Source: Mucisphaera calidilacus (lineage in GTDB: Bacteria > Planctomycetota > Phycisphaerae > Phycisphaerales > Phycisphaeraceae). From it: 32,000 nt of DNA. The stretch covers positions 3,240,001 through 3,272,000 of the forward strand of contig NZ_CP036280.1 in assembly GCF_007748075.1 (NCBI RefSeq), in the 5' to 3' direction. The notes under the pieces are model-generated. The model saw nothing but the letters and a program-made list of their open reading frames with translations. It was not told the origin of the DNA and made no database searches. Shown here piece by piece: positions 26,919 through 32,000 of the stretch (within the stretch, counting starts at the first letter, position 1; each line of letters starts with the position of its first letter). The translations under genes and the position numbers were made by a program.

Positions 26919-28004
26919 TCAGGACCCCATGAACCGGTCCAGCACCGCCCGCGCCGCCGCCGTCGGCGCCATCGCCCCCGATTCCACCTCCGCCTCCAAT
27001 CGGCCCAGCACCTCCGCCACACCCGCGTCGCCCCGCAGCGAACTCATCAACCGATCCTCGATCAGCGCCCACATCCACCGCAGCGCCTGCTTCCGCCGCC
27101 GCGCATCCAACACACCCGACGACCGCAACGCGTCGATCCGGCCCGCCACCGTCTCCCACACCTTCTCAACACCCTCGCCCGTCTGCGCACTGCAGCACCG
27201 GACCGGCACCTCCCAGTCCATGTCACGCCGCGGCATATAGTGCATCGCGCGCCGCAGATCGCCCGCCGATCTTTGGGCCAGCGTCACCCGGTCCCCGTCC
27301 GCCTTGTTCACCGCCAGCACGTCCGTCACCTCGAGCAGCCCACGCTTGATCCCCTGCAACTCATCGCCCGCGCCCGGCAGCATCAACGCCAGAAAACAGT
27401 CCGTCATCTCCGCCACCACCGTCTCGCTCTGACCCACACCCACCGTCTCCACCAGCACCACGTCGTAACCCGCCGCCTCGACCAGCAGCATCGTCTCACG
27501 CGTCTTCTTCGCCACGCCGCCCAGCGTCCCCGCCGAAGGCGAAGGCCGGATGAACGCGTGATCCGCCGACGCCAGCTGCGCCATCCGCGTCTTGTCACCC
27601 AGAATCGAGCCGCCAGTCACCGACGACGACGGGTCCACCGCCAGCACCGCCACACGATGCCCCATCTCCCCCAGCAGCATCCCCAGACACTCAATAAAAG
27701 TGCTCTTGCCCACGCCCGGCACACCCGTCACGCCCACCCGGTAACTCTTGCCCGTCCGCGGCAGGACCTTCGTCACCAGCGACTCCGCCTGCTGCTGATG
27801 CGCCGCGTTGTTCGACTCCACCAGCGTGATCGCACGACCCAGCAACGCCCGGTCCCCGCCGATCACACCCTCCGCCATCGCCTCCACCGAGAGCTTCCGA
27901 CGCCTCGGCAGCGGCCGGGCCACGGCCGCATCGCCACCCGCCTTGTCGACCGACAACGCCGACTTGCCCTTGTCCATATCCGCCTGATGCTCGAAATCAA
28001 CCAT
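26919..28004 (-). CDS. meaB: Methylmalonyl-CoA mutase-associated GTPase MeaB/ArgK (G3E family)
   Basis: Motifs seen: P-loop GVTGVPGVGKST, VLVETVGVGQSE and the NKAD box (LAVNKADGD). Confidence 0.9.
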   Translation of the reverse strand: MVDFEHQADMDKGKSALSVDKAGGDAAVARPLPRRRKLSVEAMAEGVIGGDRALLGRAITLVESNNAAHQQQAESLVTKVLPRTGKSYRVGVTGVPGVGKSTFIECLGMLLGEMGHRVAVLAVDPSSSVTGGSILGDKTRMAQLASADHAFIRPSPSAGTLGGVAKKTRETMLLVEAAGYDVVLVETVGVGQSETVVAEMTDCFLALMLPGAGDELQGIKRGLLEVTDVLAVNKADGDRVTLAQRSAGDLRRAMHYMPRRDMDWEVPVRCCSAQTGEGVEKVWETVAGRIDALRSSGVLDARRRKQALRWMWALIEDRLMSSLRGDAGVAEVLGRLEAEVESGAMAPTAAARAVLDRFMGS

Positions 28005-28032
28005 GCCCCAAAGGTACTCGACTGCGAACCGT

Positions 28033-28068
28033 AAATAAAAAGCGGCTCCCGAACCACATGGGAGCCGC
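28033..28068 (-). terminator. Rho-independent terminator/attenuator between mutB and meaB
   Basis: On the - strand the sequence reads gcggctccc atgtggttc gggagccgc followed by tttttattt. This is a perfect 9-bp stem at + coordinates 28042-28050 / 28060-28068, with the A-run at 28033-28041. Confidence 0.7.
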
Positions 28069-28094
28069 AGAACAAATCCATGATCGTGGATCCC

Positions 28095-30293
28095 TTAGGC
28101 CCCCACGCCCTCGCCCTGCTCCTCGAGCTTGCGCAGGACCTCCAGCGCCGCCTCGGGGATGTTCGTGCCCGGGCCAAAGATCGCAGCAGCGCCCGCGTCG
28201 TACAACGCCTGGTAATCCTGAGGCGGGATCACGCCACCCACAATCACCATGATGTCCTCACGGCCGAGCTTCGCCAACGCGCCACGCAGCGCCGGCACCA
28301 GCGTCAGGTGACCCGCCGCCAGACTCGACACCGCCACGACGTGCACGTCGTTCTCCACCGCCTGACGCGCCGTCTCCTCGGGCGTCTGGAAGAGCGGGCC
28401 GATGTCGACGTCGAAACCGAAGTCGGCGTACGCCGTCGCCACCACCTTCTGACCGCGATCGTGACCGTCCTGGCCCATCTTCGCGATCATGATGCGCGGC
28501 CGACGACCCTCCGCCGCCTCGAACTTCTCAACCAGCTGCTTGATCTGATCCAACTTGTCACCCTGCCCGCCGCTGCCCGCGGCCTCACTCGCGTACACGC
28601 CGCGAATCGAGTGAATCGTCGCCTCGTGACGCCCGTAGACCTTCTCCAGTGCGTCCGAGATCTCGCCAACCGTCGCCTGCGCCCGCGCCGCGTCCACGGC
28701 CAGCGCCAGCAGGTTGCCATCCTTCTTATCGGCACACTGGGTCAGGGCATCAAGCTTCTGCTCCACCAGCTTGGCATCACGATTCGCACGCAACTCCTTC
28801 AGCGACGCCACCTGCTGCTCACGCACCGAGGTGTTGTCGACCTTCAGGACATCAACCTGCTCGTCCTTGTCCAGCGTGTACTTGTTCACGCCGACCACCG
28901 TCTGCTGGCCCGAGTCGATCCGCGCCTGCGTCCGGGCCGCTGCCTCCTCGATACGCATCTTCGGGATGCCAGCGTCGATCGCCTTGGCCATCCCGCCATA
29001 CTCCTCGACCTCAGCCAGGTGCGCCCACGCCTTGTGCGCCAGCTCGTGCGTCAGACGCTCGACGTAGTAACTGCCGCCCCACGGATCGACCGTCTTGCAC
29101 GTGTCCGTCTCCTGCTGCAGGAACAGCTGCGTGTTGCGGGCAATCCGCGCCGAGAAGTCGGTCGGCAACGCCAACGCCTCGTCCAGCGCGTTGGTGTGCA
29201 AAGACTGCGTGTGGCCCTGCGTCGAGGCCATCGCCTCGATGCACGTCCGGATCACGTTGTTGTAAACGTCCTGAGCCGTCAGCGACCACCCCGACGTCTG
29301 CGAGTGCGTCCGCAGCGACATCGACTTTTCGTTCTTCGGATCGAAGCCCTTGACGATCTTCGCCCACAGCAGACGGGCCGCACGCATCTTCGCCACTTCC
29401 ATGAAGAAGTTCATGCCGATCGCCCAGAAGAAACTCAGCCGCGGGGCAAAATCATCAACGGTCAGACCGGCGGTGGTGCCCGTGCGCAGGTACTCCAGGC
29501 CGTCGGCCAGCGTGTAGGCCAGCTCGAGGTCGCACGTAGCGCCCGCCTCCTGCATGTGGTAGCCCGAGATCGAGATCGAGTTGAAACGCGGCATGTTCTG
29601 CGACGTGTAGGCAAAAATGTCGCCGATGATCTTCACCGAGGGCTCGGGCGGATAGATGTACGTGTTGCGGACCATGAACTCCTTGAGAATGTCGTTCTGA
29701 ATCGTGCCCGCGAGCTGCTCGGGCTTCACGCCCTGCTCCTCTGCGGCCACGATGTACAACGCCATCACCGGCAGCACCGCGCCGTTCATCGTCATCGACA
29801 CCGACATCCGGTCCAGCGGGATCCCGTCGAACAGCTTGCGCATGTCCATGATCGAGTCGATCGCCACGCCCGCCATGCCCACGTCACCCACCACGCGCGG
29901 GTTGTCCGAGTCGTAGCCGCGGTGCGTCGCGAGGTCGAACGCGATCGAAAGACCCTTCTGGCCCGCCTGCAGGTTCCGCTTATAAAAAGCGTTCGATTCC
30001 TCCGCCGTCGAAAAGCCCGCGTACTGACGCACCGTCCACGGACGCATCACGTACATCGTGCTGTAAGGACCACGCAGGTAGGGGGGCAGGCCCGGCATCG
30101 ACTGGAGGTGCTCCAGGCCCTCCAGGTCCGCCGGCGTATAAAGCGGCTTGACCGGGATCTGCTCGGGCGTCTGCCAGATGTAATCCTCGACCGACCGGCC
30201 CAGATCCTTCGTGGCCAGATCCTGCCACGCCTCCGCATCGGCACGGGCCTGATCCGAAGCCAGCGGAATATCCTTGAAGTTCGGCAACGTCAT
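28095..30293 (-). CDS. mutB: Methylmalonyl-CoA mutase large (alpha) subunit, B12-binding
   Basis: 732 aa. The N-terminal part is a mutase TIM-barrel domain. The C-terminal cobalamin domain carries DxHxxG (MGQDGHDRG) and [11 protein letters not shown]. Its ATG overlaps the mutA TGA (ATGA). Confidence 0.95.
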   Translation of the reverse strand: MTLPNFKDIPLASDQARADAEAWQDLATKDLGRSVEDYIWQTPEQIPVKPLYTPADLEGLEHLQSMPGLPPYLRGPYSTMYVMRPWTVRQYAGFSTAEESNAFYKRNLQAGQKGLSIAFDLATHRGYDSDNPRVVGDVGMAGVAIDSIMDMRKLFDGIPLDRMSVSMTMNGAVLPVMALYIVAAEEQGVKPEQLAGTIQNDILKEFMVRNTYIYPPEPSVKIIGDIFAYTSQNMPRFNSISISGYHMQEAGATCDLELAYTLADGLEYLRTGTTAGLTVDDFAPRLSFFWAIGMNFFMEVAKMRAARLLWAKIVKGFDPKNEKSMSLRTHSQTSGWSLTAQDVYNNVIRTCIEAMASTQGHTQSLHTNALDEALALPTDFSARIARNTQLFLQQETDTCKTVDPWGGSYYVERLTHELAHKAWAHLAEVEEYGGMAKAIDAGIPKMRIEEAAARTQARIDSGQQTVVGVNKYTLDKDEQVDVLKVDNTSVREQQVASLKELRANRDAKLVEQKLDALTQCADKKDGNLLALAVDAARAQATVGEISDALEKVYGRHEATIHSIRGVYASEAAGSGGQGDKLDQIKQLVEKFEAAEGRRPRIMIAKMGQDGHDRGQKVVATAYADFGFDVDIGPLFQTPEETARQAVENDVHVVAVSSLAAGHLTLVPALRGALAKLGREDIMVIVGGVIPPQDYQALYDAGAAAIFGPGTNIPEAALEVLRKLEEQGEGVGA

Positions 30294-32000
30294 GACAGCA
30301 CGCCTTCCTCGCTCAGCAACTCACGCAGCGTGTTGAGCACATCACACTTGATGAAGATGAACCGGTCCACGCCGGCCTTACGGTAATCAGCCTCGGAATC
30401 GCCCGGGGCACCCGCGAGAACCACCGTCCGGGCTCCCGCGGCCTTCAAACGCTCGGTCACCGCAGGAACCGCCTGCGGGTACAACTTGTCCGATGAGCAC
30501 AGCACCACGACCGAAGCGCCCGAATCCACAAACGCCTTGATCGCCGCGTCACCCGCCGCCGTCAGCTCCTCGTCCGTCTTCCAAAGAAGCGGCTTGGAAC
30601 CCACGACCTCGAAACCGCCCGCCTCGAAGAAGTTCGTGCTGTACGCAGCCCGCGCCGTGTGGTGCGCCACCGGCCCGAGATTCGCCAGGAACACGCGCGG
30701 GCGATGACCCGTCATCTCGAGGTAGCGATCGCTCGCGTCACGCAGCTCCTCGAACGGCGCCGCATAGGGGTGCGGCAACACCGCACGCGCCGTCGCCGGC
30801 TCGCTACGGAACATCGGGGCCGCCAGCTGCGAGATCCGTGCACACGAACCCGCCAGCCGAACCGCCGTCGCCACACGCTCCACACCCGGCTCGCTCAGCC
30901 GCTTCACGTCCGCGAGATCCGCCTCACTCAGCGACTTCTCGCACGTCCGTGCCTTCGCCTCTTCACGCAGGCGGTTGATGTCGATCGTCTCCTTCTTCAC
31001 CGGCTTCTCGCCGAGATTCGGGAACTCACTCACACCCGTGATCGCGTCGCGACGACGCGCGATGTTCTTCAGACGCGGCGCGAACGCCGAGTCGATCTGA
31101 TCCTGAACCCAGCCCGACGTCAGCGCCGCAGCCATGCCGCCCTGTGCCTCGACCTGCTGGAAGAACGCCCAGCCCTTCTCGCACAGCTCGTCCGTCAGCG
31201 ACTCGATGAACCACGAGCCACCCGCCGGATCAACCACCCGGCCCAGCTGCGACTCCTCGGCCAGAATCACCTGCGTGTTCCGGGCGATACGCTTGCCAAA
31301 CTCATCACTCGCGCCCAACGCCGCGTCAAACGGCTCGGTCGTGATGATCTGGGCACCCGCCGACGCGGCCGCAAACGTCGTCGCCGTGTTACGCAGCATG
31401 TTGACCCACGGGTCACGCTGCGTCAGCACACGCTTGGACGTCCGCGCCTGAATCAGCATCGCCGTGCCCGCGGCAGGCGAGGTGTCACCACCCGACGCCT
31501 CCAGAACACGCGCCCACAAGCGACGCGCCGCTCGCAGCTTCGCCATCGCCAGGAAGAAATTCGTCCCCAGCCCGTAGCTGAACAGCAACTGTTTCGCCGC
31601 CGCATTCACGTCCAAGCCCGCGTCCGTCAGCTCACGCAGGTAAGCCACCGCGGTCGCCATCGACAAACCCAGATCCTGCGCCGCCGTCGCGCCCGCGTGG
31701 TGATACGGCGCCGAGCCCACACGCACCGACCGGACCGACCGATACTTGCCGCTCGTCCACACCGCCAGGTCACGCATCTGACCCATCGACTCGTCCAGCG
31801 ACGTCGGCAGCTCACCGTCCCGCGCCAGCACCGCCAGCGGGTCAGCATTAAAAGCACCCCGTGCCTTCTCGTCCGCCACGCCCTTCGACGCCCAGTAAGC
31901 CGCCAGCACCGAGGCCGCAGGCAGGAACGCCGCTCCCGCCTCCAGCGCGAGCCCGATCATCTCGGGATGAACGCCCGCCAGCAACGCGTCCAGATCGGCC
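30290..32000 (-). CDS. mutA: Methylmalonyl-CoA mutase small (beta) subunit; the 5' end lies outside the window
   Basis: It is homologous in layout to mutB, but the C-terminal domain lacks the DxHxxG cobalamin ligand ([11 protein letters not shown] instead). The frame stays open to the window edge (..[13 protein letters not shown]..), so the TTG start in the ORF track is internal. The printed last line has 19 bases, so coordinates near the end may be off by 1. Confidence 0.85.
   Translation of the reverse strand, partial: ADLDALLAGVHPEMIGLALEAGAAFLPAASVLAAYWASKGVADEKARGAFNADPLAVLARDGELPTSLDESMGQMRDLAVWTSGKYRSVRSVRVGSAPYHHAGATAAQDLGLSMATAVAYLRELTDAGLDVNAAAKQLLFSYGLGTNFFLAMAKLRAARRLWARVLEASGGDTSPAAGTAMLIQARTSKRVLTQRDPWVNMLRNTATTFAAASAGAQIITTEPFDAALGASDEFGKRIARNTQVILAEESQLGRVVDPAGGSWFIESLTDELCEKGWAFFQQVEAQGGMAAALTSGWVQDQIDSAFAPRLKNIARRRDAITGVSEFPNLGEKPVKKETIDINRLREEAKARTCEKSLSEADLADVKRLSEPGVERVATAVRLAGSCARISQLAAPMFRSEPATARAVLPHPYAAPFEELRDASDRYLEMTGHRPRVFLANLGPVAHHTARAAYSTNFFEAGGFEVVGSKPLLWKTDEELTAAGDAAIKAFVDSGASVVVLCSSDKLYPQAVPAVTERLKAAGARTVVLAGAPGDSEADYRKAGVDRFIFIKCDVLNTLRELLSEEGVLS

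Noticed and set aside
25825-27022. Antisense ORFs 25825..26463 and 26243..27022 opposite the zinc-ribbon genes
   Set aside because: They are G/R/E-rich shadows. The + frames have zinc-ribbon CxxC pairs, TM helices and correct strand-specific codon usage.
28080-30386. 768-aa + strand ORF covering all of mutB, longer than mutB itself
   Set aside because: It is R/L/H/Q-rich with no motifs. mutB on the - strand has the full mutase and DxHxxG cobalamin signatures. This is a reminder that ORF length alone is meaningless in this sequence.
1-32000. Mobile elements, prophage, integrative island or defence island (searched for transposase, integrase or recombinase ORFs, terminal inverted repeats and tRNA-adjacent boundaries)
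   Set aside because: None found. All credible genes, including the TA pair, share the local GC content and strand-specific codon pattern. The only compositional outliers are short AT-rich intergenic or patch regions.

Overview
Gene-dense, high-GC bacterial chromosomal segment (about two-thirds G+C by eye) with about 25 believable protein genes. I found no rRNA, tRNA, CRISPR array, transposase, integrase or phage genes. Left to right: the 3' 5.1 kb of a giant tandem Calx-beta repeat protein; a DUF4136-like lipoprotein; a head-to-head pair of phosphofructokinases (plant-like ATP type and short PPi type); polX; gcvP; a small membrane ORF; a minus-strand run of folP, flgM, a 221-aa orphan and an RHH-antitoxin/MazF-toxin pair; a 139-aa orphan; a MATE exporter; a ThuA-like protein; a long NfeD protease; ribD; an AsmA-like membrane protein; anmK and murQ; two paralogous zinc-ribbon membrane proteins; and meaB-mutB-mutA (mutA runs off the right edge). 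Gene content faintly suggests Planctomycetota/PVC-type bacteria, but that is a guess. More than half of the ORF-track entries are shadow ORFs: G/V/D/R-rich on the minus strand and P/S/T/R/H-rich on the plus strand. The most striking property is that synonymous codon choice flips with gene orientation. Plus-strand genes end codons in C (then A), and minus-strand genes end them in G (then T). So the plus strand is C/A-enriched at silent sites throughout, with no switch inside the window. I see no recognisable defence island and cannot support a strong claim of a new system. The best leads are the flgM / 221-aa orphan / TA cluster with its 338-nt AT-rich leader, the tandem zinc-ribbon membrane paralogs after anmK-murQ, and the divergent ATP-PFK/PPi-PFK pair with a motif-rich shared control region. 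All family assignments come from motif recognition by eye, not from database searches.
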